A stretch of 64,000 nt of DNA, taken from contig OY729428.2 of NCBI GenBank assembly GCA_963422375.2, positions 1,024,001 through 1,088,000 of the forward strand, written 5' to 3'. Shown piece by piece: positions 49,591 to 58,603 of the stretch. The DNA comes from Bryobacterales bacterium. GTDB lineage: Bacteria; Acidobacteriota; Terriglobia; Bryobacterales; UBA6623. How positions within the stretch are numbered: the first letter of the stretch is position 1; every line of letters begins with the position of its first letter. A model generated the notes under the pieces. The model worked only from the letters and a program-made list of their open reading frames with translations. It did not search any database and was not told where the DNA came from. A program made the position numbers and the translations under genes.

Positions 49591-51099
49591 CTAGACGTTC
49601 GAAACGGCCCGTTGGTTAGGCTTGCTCGCGGAACGGTGCGCCCGCAGGAGCGGCCAGAGCAGGGACAGGACGGTGCCTGCGAGGAAGGCAACCAGAATCG
49701 GACGCGCCAGCAGGACCAGCCAGTCGCCCCTGCTGAGAATCAGCGCCCGGCGCAGGTTCGATTCCATCATGGGCCCGAGGATCAAGCCCAGCACGAGCGG
49801 GCCGAGCGGAATCCGCGCCTTGCGAAACAGGAAGCCCGCCACGCCCGCCGCATACATCGCCCACACATCCGCGACCGTATTGTTGAGGGCGTAGGCGCCG
49901 ACCGTCCCGAACAGCACGATGCCGGTCCACAGCCACGGGGCCGGGACACGGAGGATTCGAGCCAGCGGCCGCGCTCCGAGCAGCCCGATCCCCAGAATCA
50001 GGAGGGAAGCGAACACTAGCAGGAACACGATCGAGAATACGAACTCCTGCCTGTTCTCGAATAGCAGCGGGCCGGGCTGGATGCCGTGAATCAGCAGTGC
50101 GCCGATGAGAATCGCCGAGACCGCGTCGCCGGGAATGCCCAGCGTGAGCATCGTTGTCATCGCGCCGCCGATGGCGGCGTTGCAGGCCGAGCAACTGGCT
50201 GCCAGGCCCTGCAGCGAACCCTTGCCGAATGCTGCCTTGTCCTTGGAAGCCCGGCGAGCCTGCTCCCAAGCGATCACCGAGCCGATGTCGCCGCCCGCCG
50301 CCGGCACGGCGCCCACCATGGTTCCGACCGTGGCTCCCGCGAACGTCGCCCCGAGCATCGTCCGCGCCTCTTCGGTCCGCGGCAGCACGCGGCCGATCGC
50401 GGACGGCGGGGAGGCCTTGCCCGCGTGACGCTCCGAGACCTGCACCAGCACCTCCGCGAGGCCGAAGAGCCCGATCATGACGGGCACGAACGACACCCCG
50501 TCGAGGAACTCCGACATGCCGAACGTATAGCGCGGATAGGCCGTCATCGGGTCGAGTCCCACCAGCGCGAGCGCCAGTCCCAGCGTTCCCGCCAGCAGTC
50601 CCTTGAGCACGTGCCGGCCGGAGACGCCCGCCATGAGGCTGATGCCCAGCAGGGCCAAGCCAAAGTACTCCGCAGGCCCGAACTTGAGCGCGAAACTCGC
50701 GATCGGGAACGCGAGGAACGCGAGGAAGAGGATGCTTGTGAGCTGGCCGGCCGCGGACGCGAGGGCGTTCACGCCGAGCGCGAGCCCGGCCCGGCCCTTG
50801 CGGGCTAGGGGGTACCCGTCCCACGAGGTCGCGATCGAGGCGGGCGTTCCGGGCACGTTGATGAGGATGGCCGGGATGCCCCCGGCCGGGATGGCCCCGC
50901 AATAGATTCCCAGCAGCATCGCCAAGCCCTGCTCGGGCGACACCCAGAACGTCAGCGGCGTCAGGATCGCCACGCCCATCGTCGCCGTCAGGCCCGGCAG
51001 GGAACCGAACACCGCGCCGAGCGAGACGCCCACCGCGAGGAATCCGAGGACCTGCAGGCTGAGCACGGCCGACAGGCCGGCCAGGATATCGGCAGTCAA
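49591..51099 (-). CDS. tctA: Tripartite tricarboxylate transporter large permease
   Basis: GSLPGLTATMGVAIL, ILINVPGTPASIAT.WDGYP, FGPAEYF, LTLGIPGD, GIQPGPLLF, LGLILGPMME. Confidence 0.95.
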   Translation of the reverse strand: MTADILAGLSAVLSLQVLGFLAVGVSLGAVFGSLPGLTATMGVAILTPLTFWVSPEQGLAMLLGIYCGAIPAGGIPAILINVPGTPASIATSWDGYPLARKGRAGLALGVNALASAAGQLTSILFLAFLAFPIASFALKFGPAEYFGLALLGISLMAGVSGRHVLKGLLAGTLGLALALVGLDPMTAYPRYTFGMSEFLDGVSFVPVMIGLFGLAEVLVQVSERHAGKASPPSAIGRVLPRTEEARTMLGATFAGATVGTMVGAVPAAGGDIGSVIAWEQARRASKDKAAFGKGSLQGLAASCSACNAAIGGAMTTMLTLGIPGDAVSAILIGALLIHGIQPGPLLFENRQEFVFSIVFLLVFASLLILGIGLLGARPLARILRVPAPWLWTGIVLFGTVGAYALNNTVADVWAMYAAGVAGFLFRKARIPLGPLVLGLILGPMMESNLRRALILSRGDWLVLLARPILVAFLAGTVLSLLWPLLRAHRSASKPNQRAVSNV

Positions 51100-51178
51100 G
51101 CCCGGACCTCCGCGAGATTGGGGCGAGCCGATCCGGGCCCGCCTCCCGTGGCAGCCAGTCCAGAATTCCGCCGGCAGG

Positions 51179-51601
51179 TCATTCGAGCGACACGTTCAGG
51201 CCGATGCTAAAGGCTAGGTACACTACGGAGGACATGGCAACTCCGTACGCAGCGGACGGAAGCCATCCCTGGCCTAGAAAGCGCAGCGCCAACGCAAGGA
51301 AGACCGCCGTTCGGACGACGAAGAAACCCGTTCCCCACAGCAGCAGATAGCCGAGGAGCAGCGCTGCCGTCCCTGCCACCTGCCCGGCGTTCGAAATGCC
51401 GAAGCTTTCGTCGGCTGAATCCTCGCCTCGCTTGAGGAGCAGCCCGCAGGCCAGCACCGCCATGAGGCCCCCGATCGCCTGCGGGAAGAACCCGGCCCCC
51501 GGCTGCCCGCCGACGCCCGCCGGGAGCCCGAGCCCGCTCGCCACCAGCGCGAGCCCCAGCGCAAGGAAAGCACCGCCGGTAACCTTGTCTGCCGCCTTCA
51601 C
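51179..51601 (-). CDS. tctB: Tripartite tricarboxylate transporter small subunit
   Basis: 140-aa multi-TM protein with PGAGFFP, located between tctC and tctA. Confidence 0.88.
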   Translation of the reverse strand: MKAADKVTGGAFLALGLALVASGLGLPAGVGGQPGAGFFPQAIGGLMAVLACGLLLKRGEDSADESFGISNAGQVAGTAALLLGYLLLWGTGFFVVRTAVFLALALRFLGQGWLPSAAYGVAMSSVVYLAFSIGLNVSLE

Positions 51602-52564
51602 CTACGGGCTCTCCAGCCGAACGAGCTTCGGCACCTCGCGCTCGAAAAACTCCTCCTGCTCCATCGCGAACGCCGCGAATTCGTCCTTGTCGAGAAACCG
51701 CGCCTCCATGCCGCGCTCCCGGCAGAGCCTAGCCCATTCGTCGGTACCGAACGCCGCTTCGAAGGCATCCGCGAGCAACGCGACGCGCTCCTCCGGCATT
51801 CCCGCCGGGCCGAAGAATCCGCTCCAGGCCGGCGCTCCGATCGCGAATCCGAGCTCGCGGGCCGTTGGAACGTCGCCCAGCACCCGGGACCGCGAGTCAT
51901 CGAAGACTGCCAGGGCCCGCAGCTTCCCGGACTGCACGTGCGAAACCACCTCCCCGACGCCCGCCACGGCCGCGTCGGCGTGGCCCCCGATCACGGAAAC
52001 CAGCGCCGGGGTGGAGCCGCCGTACGGCAGGTGGGTGAACCGAGCCCCCGTTCCCTGCTCCATCAGCAGGATGTTGAAATGCCAGATCGAGCCGATGCCG
52101 GAATTCGCCATCACGATGCGGCCCGCCTCCATGCGAGCGGCGCCGATGAAGTCCTCGAACGAATGCCAAGGCGACTCGGCGCGGACGACCAGCGCCGGCG
52201 CGGTCTTCGACACCAAGCAAATCAGCGAGACGTCCGAGGGGCCGATGTCGGCATAGCCCAGCGAACGAACGATGGCGATCTCAACTGGGGCGTGCCCGAT
52301 GGTGTAGCCGTCCGGGGGCCTGCGCGCCACGTACGAGAAGGCAAGGGCACCGCTGGCCCCGGGCTTGTTCTCGCAGACGACCGGCACGCCCAGACGACCT
52401 TCGGCCAAGCTACCCATGACCCGCGACACCGTATCCGACGTGCCGCCGGGAGCCGCCTGGACGATCAGCTTGATTTCCTTGGCAGGATACGGCCGGTTGG
52501 CGGCGCCGCACGCCAAGAGCCCGATGCATCCGACTAGCGCGAAGATACGCGGGCGGAAGTCCAC
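51602..52564 (-). CDS. tctC: Tripartite tricarboxylate transporter substrate-binding lipoprotein (Bug/TctC)
   Basis: Lipobox LLAC; YPAKEIKLIV..APGGTSD, ENKPGASG, PDGYTI, HLPYGG, GKLRALAV, DVPTARELG; GTG start. Confidence 0.92.
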   Translation of the reverse strand: MDFRPRIFALVGCIGLLACGAANRPYPAKEIKLIVQAAPGGTSDTVSRVMGSLAEGRLGVPVVCENKPGASGALAFSYVARRPPDGYTIGHAPVEIAIVRSLGYADIGPSDVSLICLVSKTAPALVVRAESPWHSFEDFIGAARMEAGRIVMANSGIGSIWHFNILLMEQGTGARFTHLPYGGSTPALVSVIGGHADAAVAGVGEVVSHVQSGKLRALAVFDDSRSRVLGDVPTARELGFAIGAPAWSGFFGPAGMPEERVALLADAFEAAFGTDEWARLCRERGMEARFLDKDEFAAFAMEQEEFFEREVPKLVRLESP

Positions 52565-52966
52565 GGGCGACGGACGATTATACCCGAGCCGGCCGTTCCC
52601 GGCGCATCGGATGCAGGGGAGCGCACCTCCAATGGCATCCATGTCAGATCCCTGTCTGTAGGGGCCGCGCGTCCGCGGGCCAAGGCACCCTGACCCGAGT
52701 CTCGAGCGCGGATCGCCCGACCGCAAGGCGGTACCGCTGTCGAGACGCTGATTCTGCATGGTGACGCCCTGCGCTGCCAGACAGCTCGGGAATCTTGCAG
52801 GCCCGACGATCCTGGAGGGAGGGGGGGCTCGCACTCTCCCGGATGGTGCCGTCTCGGGGGGCGAGGGGGAGGGATCGCTGCCGGTGGAGCGACGACCCGC
52901 CAGGGAAGCGGGCGGCCTTCGGCAGGCTTGCGAGGCCGGACGCGAGGGTAGGCGCTAGACTGGCTT

Positions 52967-53653
52967 GTGGAACCGTCGAATGCGAAGATCCGTGCCGTGC
53001 TGTTCGATTTCGACGGCACGCTGGTGGACAGCGAGTACCTGCACCACGAGGCCTGGCTCGAGGCGGTCGAGCCTTGGGGCGTCTCGGTGAGCTGGCGCCA
53101 GTACGTTCGGGATCTGGTGGGTATCAGCGACCGGAGGGCATGCGAGTTCTTCCTGGGCCGGGCCGGCATCCCGGTCACGCCGGAATGCGTGGAAGCGGGG
53201 AGAGCTCGGAAACACGCGGCCTACCGCCGTCGGTCCGTCAGGGAACTCTCGATCCACCCGCAGGCGAAGAACTGGATCCGTGCCAACCGCGACAGCGTCC
53301 CCATGGGCGTCGTCTCCTCCAGCGAGATCCCCGACGTGGTCCCGATCCTCGAGCGGCAGGGCGTAGCGGAATGCCTGGAGTTTGTCATCTGCGGCGACGA
53401 TGTCGAGCGCCTCAAGCCCGATCCCATGCCGTACTTGCTGGCGCTCGACAAGCTTCGGGCGGCATTCGGCATCGACAGCGGCAAGAGTTGCTTGGCGTTC
53501 GAGGACTCGGCCACCGGGACCCGCTCCGCGAAGGCCGCAGGGCTAACGGTGCATCGAGTCGAGTCGCCTGACCTGCTGCCCCGCAGCTTGGCCGCATGGT
53601 TCGGGAGGATCGCTGGAGCGGTCGCCGCAACCGGTCCGAGTCTCGCCGGATGA
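52967..53653 (+). CDS. HAD-superfamily phosphatase (beta-PGM/CbbY-like)
   Basis: LFDFDGTLVDSE, VVSSS, KPDPMPY, FEDSATG...AKAAG. Confidence 0.92.
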   Translation: MEPSNAKIRAVLFDFDGTLVDSEYLHHEAWLEAVEPWGVSVSWRQYVRDLVGISDRRACEFFLGRAGIPVTPECVEAGRARKHAAYRRRSVRELSIHPQAKNWIRANRDSVPMGVVSSSEIPDVVPILERQGVAECLEFVICGDDVERLKPDPMPYLLALDKLRAAFGIDSGKSCLAFEDSATGTRSAKAAGLTVHRVESPDLLPRSLAAWFGRIAGAVAATGPSLAG

Positions 53654-53822
53654 CCGGAGTCGCCGGCCACGGAGGCACCTCGGCCTCCGTGTCTGGGTCG
53701 GCGTCGACCGACAGAGGGGAAGCCGGTCGCAACGGGCCGCCTGCGGCCCTGCCTGGCGCCGGCGGAGGTCGCCCTTGCGCATCCGATGCCGGAACAGTCG
53801 CGTCGCACACCCACCGGGTCTC

Positions 53823-54030
53823 GAAGTAGGCGGCGACCTCGGGTAGGCATGGGTAGTTGGCTGGAAGCAGGAATGCGGCGGGTCACACCGAAGATCCCTG
53901 CATTTAGATGCGTCATGCGGCGCTTGCAGCGCCGCTGACCTTGGTGCCGGGCCAAGCGGGCCGACGGTTGAAGGGGGGCATTCGCCCGTGCCCTCGATAC
54001 ACCCGAGGTCCGTCGAACGCCTCAGTCTTC
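53823..54030 (+). ncRNA. Structured RNA candidate (long closing stem, internal hairpins); 6S-like or unknown
   Basis: GACCTCGGGT (53835-44) pairs with ACCCGAGGTC (54001-10); GGCATGGGT/GCCCGTGCC pairs with G-U; internal hairpins; lies in the gap between convergent genes. Confidence 0.4.
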
Positions 54031-54201
54031 CCGTCGGCAGTCCCATCATGAATCCGATGAGCAAACGCGGTTGCAAACGCCCCTTTAGGACCGGCTTGCC
54101 CGCCAGCGGCGGGCCCACCAGGAGCACCGGCCTGACGCACCTGGCCGCTGCCAACTTACGGAACGCGGTCCAGTCGTACGACCGGGCTGCCGCGGCCGGA
54201 G

Positions 54202-56478
54202 CTAGTCGGCGGCGATAGCCCCGGCGGAAGACACCTTCTCCTGCGCATCGTGGACTGCGATCGCCGACATCGTGATCACGTCTTCGACGTCGAATCCCTT
54301 CTGCAGCACTGCCACCGGCTTGTCCATGCCCATGAGGATCGGTCCCAGCGATCGCGCGCCGGCGAACTGCTTGAGAAGCTTGTACGCGATATTTGCCGAC
54401 GCTAGGTTCGGAAACACCAATACGTTCGCCTCGCCCCGCAGCTTCGAGAACGGGAAGAATTCCTCCACCATGCCCGGATCGAGAGCCGTATCCGCCTGCA
54501 TCTCGCCATCCACTACCAGTTCCGGATCCAGCTCCGCGCAGATTTCCGCGGCCCGGCGCACCTTCTCCGAGTCCGGGAAGCGGGCGGAGCCGAAGTTCGA
54601 GAACGAGAGCAACGCCACCCGCGGCAGGATGCCGAGGCGGCGCGCGCGCCGCGCCGTCAGCAGGGCGATCTCGGCCAGATCCTCGGGGCTGGGGTCGATG
54701 TTGACCGTGGTGTCCGCGAGCAGGTAGATCTTGCGCTGGCGGATCATCATGAACAGGCCCGACACCCTTCGCACGCCGCTGCGCCGGTCGATGATTCGCA
54801 GCGCCACCCTCAGTGTTTCCGGATAGTGGCGGGTGATTCCCGCCACCATGCCGTCGACGTCGCCGAGCCGGACCATCATCGCTCCGAACGCCACGGGATC
54901 GCGTAGCATCTCGCGCGCGCCCTGAAGCGTGCAGCCCTTGCGCTGGCGCAGGTGGAACAGCGCGCGCACGTACTCATTGATTCCGGGGAATTCGGCCGGA
55001 TCGACAATGTCCCATCCCGTCGAAGGGAGCCTCAAATCTTCCGCTCGAGCCCGGATCCTGTCCTCGTCGCCGAGCAGCAAGGGCCTGGCGATGCGCTCCT
55101 CGCGGAGCATGAAGGCGGCGCGGAGGATCTTCTCGTGGTCTCCTTCCGGAAACACGATCCGGCGGGGATCTTCCTTGGCGCGGCGAATGATCAGCTGAAA
55201 CACCTCCTGGCTGCTGTCCAAGCGGACCGCCAGGCTCTGGCGGTAGTCGTCCAGGAGAATCCGCCTGCCCGCCGCGCCGCTCCGGATCGCCGCCTCGGCC
55301 ACCTTGTGGGAGACCTCCAGCGTGACCCTTGGGTCGAACGGCTTGGGGATGATGTAGCGCGGCCCGAACTCGAGTTCCTCGGACGTGTAGATGCGACGGA
55401 CCGAATCCGGCACCGGATCCTTCGCGAGCGCGGCCAAGGCGCGCACCGCGGCCAGCTTCATCTCGGTGTTGATGCAGGTCGCCTCGACGTCCAGCGCGCC
55501 CCGGAACAGAGACGGGAAGCAGAGGACGTTGTTGACCTGGTTGGGATGGTCGGACCGGCCCGTGGCGATGATCGCGTCCGAGCGCGTGGCGATGGCCCGC
55601 GAGTACTCAATCTCGGGATCGGGATTGGCAAGGGCGAAGACAATGGGCCGGTCCGCCATCGAGGAAAGCATCGCGGGCTTCAGAACGTTGGCCTGAGAGA
55701 GGCCGACGAACACGTCGGCCCCCCGGACAGCTTCGGGCAGCGTGCGCAGCTTGGTGTCCCGCGCGAGCCGCTCCTTGTAGGGATTCATCCCGAAGCCGCG
55801 TCCCCTGAAGATCACCCCCCTGGAATCAAGCACGACAAGGTTGTCCGGATCCACGCCCAGGCGCAAGTACAGGTGGGCGCACGCCACGCCGCTCGCACCC
55901 GCTCCGTTCACGACGACCCGCACCGAGCCGAGATCCTTCCCCGCGATTTCGAGCGAGTTCAGAAGCGCCGCGCCGCTGATGATGGCCGTGCCGTGCTGGT
56001 CGTCATGGAACACGGGAATGCTCACCCGCTTGCTGAGCTCCTCTTCCACGTAGAAGCACTCCGGGGCCTTGATGTCCTCGAGGTTGACTCCCCCGAACGT
56101 GGGCTCCAGGAGCTCCACGACGCGCACGATCTCTTCCGGATCCGCCGTCGCGACCTCGAGGTCGAAGACGTCAATGTCGGCGAAACGCTTGAAGAGGACC
56201 GCCTTGCCCTCCATGACGGGCTTCCCGGCCAAGGGCCCGATGTCCCCCAGCCCTAGGACTGCGGAACCGTTCGACACAACGGCGACGAGATTCGCGCGCG
56301 TGGTGTATCGACCGGCCAGCCTGGGATCCCGGAGAATCTCCAAGCAGGCCTCCGCCACGCCGGGGGAGTACGCTAGGCTCAGATCGAGCTGCGTGTCCGA
56401 GGGCTTGGTCGGCGTGATCGAGATCTTGCCGGGGCGCGGGTAGCGGTGGTAGTCGAGGGCCGATTCCTTGCGAACCAC
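54202..56478 (-). CDS. maeB: NADP-dependent malic enzyme with C-terminal phosphotransacetylase-like domain
   Basis: [83 protein letters not shown]. Confidence 0.96.
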   Translation of the reverse strand: MVRKESALDYHRYPRPGKISITPTKPSDTQLDLSLAYSPGVAEACLEILRDPRLAGRYTTRANLVAVVSNGSAVLGLGDIGPLAGKPVMEGKAVLFKRFADIDVFDLEVATADPEEIVRVVELLEPTFGGVNLEDIKAPECFYVEEELSKRVSIPVFHDDQHGTAIISGAALLNSLEIAGKDLGSVRVVVNGAGASGVACAHLYLRLGVDPDNLVVLDSRGVIFRGRGFGMNPYKERLARDTKLRTLPEAVRGADVFVGLSQANVLKPAMLSSMADRPIVFALANPDPEIEYSRAIATRSDAIIATGRSDHPNQVNNVLCFPSLFRGALDVEATCINTEMKLAAVRALAALAKDPVPDSVRRIYTSEELEFGPRYIIPKPFDPRVTLEVSHKVAEAAIRSGAAGRRILLDDYRQSLAVRLDSSQEVFQLIIRRAKEDPRRIVFPEGDHEKILRAAFMLREERIARPLLLGDEDRIRARAEDLRLPSTGWDIVDPAEFPGINEYVRALFHLRQRKGCTLQGAREMLRDPVAFGAMMVRLGDVDGMVAGITRHYPETLRVALRIIDRRSGVRRVSGLFMMIRQRKIYLLADTTVNIDPSPEDLAEIALLTARRARRLGILPRVALLSFSNFGSARFPDSEKVRRAAEICAELDPELVVDGEMQADTALDPGMVEEFFPFSKLRGEANVLVFPNLASANIAYKLLKQFAGARSLGPILMGMDKPVAVLQKGFDVEDVITMSAIAVHDAQEKVSSAGAIAAD

Positions 56479-56664
56479 CGTGCTGCCTCGTCGCCGGCGC
56501 AGGCCGAGGACGCCCCTGCCTACTCTCGCCTAGAGGCTACCACGGGCGCGGTCGAGCCGCCCGGACGGCGGCGGGGTGAGTCCTCGCGCCCCCGGACGGC
56601 GGACAGGGTATTCTATGCATCGGCCCCGGGGCGGAGCGCCGGGGACTGGTGCCGAAGATTCAAG

Positions 56665-57096
56665 GTGGGAAGACTGGGCGAGCGGAGACGGTCGCACCTG
56701 CTGGTCGCGGCAGGGGCGCTGGCGCTTGCGGGCGCGGCGGCCGCGCAGGTTCCCAAGTTCAAGCCGGTCGCTTCAATCACCCGGCTGATGCAGGTGCTGG
56801 TGATTCCCTCGTCCAGCGCCCTGTTCGACGTGGCCCGGAATCCACCGACCGACGAGCGGGGATGGGACGAGGTCGCACGGCAAGCAGTGCTCCTGGGAGA
56901 GTCCGGCAACCTGCTGCTGATCGGGAACCGGGCCGAAGACTCGGACGTGTGGGCGGCGACCTCGCTGCGACTCGCCGAGGCCGGCGCAAGGGCGCTCAAC
57001 GCGGCGCAGGAGAGGGACGTCGACGCGATCACCGATGTCGGCAACCAAATCATCGAGGCGTGCGAGTCCTGCCACGAGAAGCATTGGATCCGCTAG
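56665..57096 (+). CDS. Secreted cytochrome c'-like (class II, C-terminal CxxCH) protein
   Basis: Signal peptide, helical body, C-terminal ACESCHEKHW; start approximate. Confidence 0.75.
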   Translation: MGRLGERRRSHLLVAAGALALAGAAAAQVPKFKPVASITRLMQVLVIPSSSALFDVARNPPTDERGWDEVARQAVLLGESGNLLLIGNRAEDSDVWAATSLRLAEAGARALNAAQERDVDAITDVGNQIIEACESCHEKHWIR

Positions 57097-57154
57097 CGGC
57101 GAGCTCGACCTGCATCAGGCGGCGCGAGTCAGCGACAATCAGGTACGCTGACCC

Positions 57155-57676
57155 ATGTACCGGCCGTGTTCCGCTTAGGCTGTGGCAAACTACTTCTTAG
57201 ATCTAGCGACCTAGAGCCGACAAGCGCCCAGCCCGATGAAGATTATCAAGCTAGTCTTCGTCGCCAATGGCCGGCATCTAGCACTAAGGGGAAAACCGCT
57301 GCTCCAAGAATCCGTTGAAGCATGGACCTATGGTCCCGTGATTGCCGATCTGTATCACGACTTCACGAGATTCGGTAACAGTCCGATTCGAGGTCATGCG
57401 CTTGATATCGACATCTTGAAGGGCCCTGATGGGCGATCAAAGTTTTGCAATGTGAGGCCCAATATTGAAGATTTCACAGATCAGACCCAAGAGACTTCGG
57501 ACCTGCTTGATCGGATCCGAGAAATAATCAGTTCGTTCTCAGGCATCCAGTTGCCTAATATGACTCGCCGATGAGGGACTCCTTGACATTTGAACCGAGA
57601 ACTTAACTCGAACAAGACCAGCGTCAGTATCCCGGATCAAGAAATCCAAGACTGCTACACTAAGCTTGCGAAAAAG
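57155..57676 (+). pseudogene. Panacea-domain (SocA/DUF4065) antitoxin, several in-frame stops
   Basis: MYRPCSA*AVANYFLDLAT*..PMKIIKLVFVANG.HLA..GKPL...VEAWTYGPVIADLYH...QLPNMTRR*GTP*...SIPDQEI; lower GC than flanks. Confidence 0.82.
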
Positions 57677-58047
57677 ATGAAGAAGAACAATAGGGATTAC
57701 CATACATCCATCGCGCACGGGCCGAAGGAAGCGGACCACACTGACGAGAATTCTCGCTCAGAATGGGGTGCCTTTGACGACTATCTTGCACGGAAACTGG
57801 TCATCTTGGGTGCGAAATAAGACCTAGGAGCAAGAGAACTATACGGCAAGAGAATCTCTTAGATGCTTTCTGTGTGGCTGTCTGTAATTGTTCTTATTGT
57901 GATGGATAAGTGACTTGAATTACCATCGTAGGTCAGATACTATTAAATTCGATCTGTCCGATTCTGTGTTGATCGAAACTCAAGACAATAACCACGGAAA
58001 GTGTCGTGAAGATCTTAGTGATCATAGTTCTCTATTCATTTCCATAA
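57677..58047 (+). pseudogene. Degraded membrane-protein partner (putative toxin) of the Panacea gene
   Basis: ARELYGKRIS*MLSVWLSVIVLIV...FDLSDSVLI / LKTITTESVVKILVIIVLYSFP*, with stops and frameshifts; two hydrophobic segments. Confidence 0.55.
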
Positions 58048-58603
58048 GGGCCCTATGTAACTCAGAGATCCGATTCCTCAAGTTCGTAATGGACTGGTTT
58101 TTCTCATGTATTCTGGACCGAAATAGTGAGAATATGGTCGGGACTTGACCCTATTTGGGCTTCGCCAAGTCCGCAAGTATAGGATCCAAGAAAACGGCTG
58201 ATGGCGTGCGGAGATCCTAGATCTGTGCGACGATGCGAGCCGCTTGCCTACGCTGTCGGAAGTGTCAGACGCGGCCGTCACTGAGACTTGCAGTGCCAGA
58301 GGCAAGCTCCAGCCCTTGGTCCGCCGAGATGAGTGCCGCCGAGCGATCTCAGCGACCGTCCCCGTTTGGCGCTCGAGACATGCCCGCTCCGCAGCCGAAG
58401 CCTGATTCCCGATACGCACGGCCGCGCGTCCCGAGCGCCGCCGGTATCGCCCCGCCATGGGGCTGACCCGAGCCTAATCGGCCAGGCCGCCAGGCGCACG
58501 AGACCAGCTCGGGGCCTTCCGCGGATCCATTGCCGAGGGGCGGATGCCAGGGGATTCGCGGATTCCGCTGGCACCGGAATCCGCGGACTGGTAGGCTTTC
58601 GTT

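Noticed and set aside
52580..52950. Gene or ncRNA in the tctC-HAD divergent gap
   Set aside because: No recognisable motif or convincing structure; the N-terminal extension of the tctC ORF looks non-coding.
53700..54110. RNase P RNA or tmRNA
   Set aside because: Size is similar, but GAGGAAAGTCC and the tRNA-like tmRNA termini are absent.
57155..57676. Stop-codon reassignment or readthrough in the Panacea gene
   Set aside because: Stops are mixed TAG and TGA, the partner gene also has TAA stops and frameshifts, and neighbouring genes use all stops normally.
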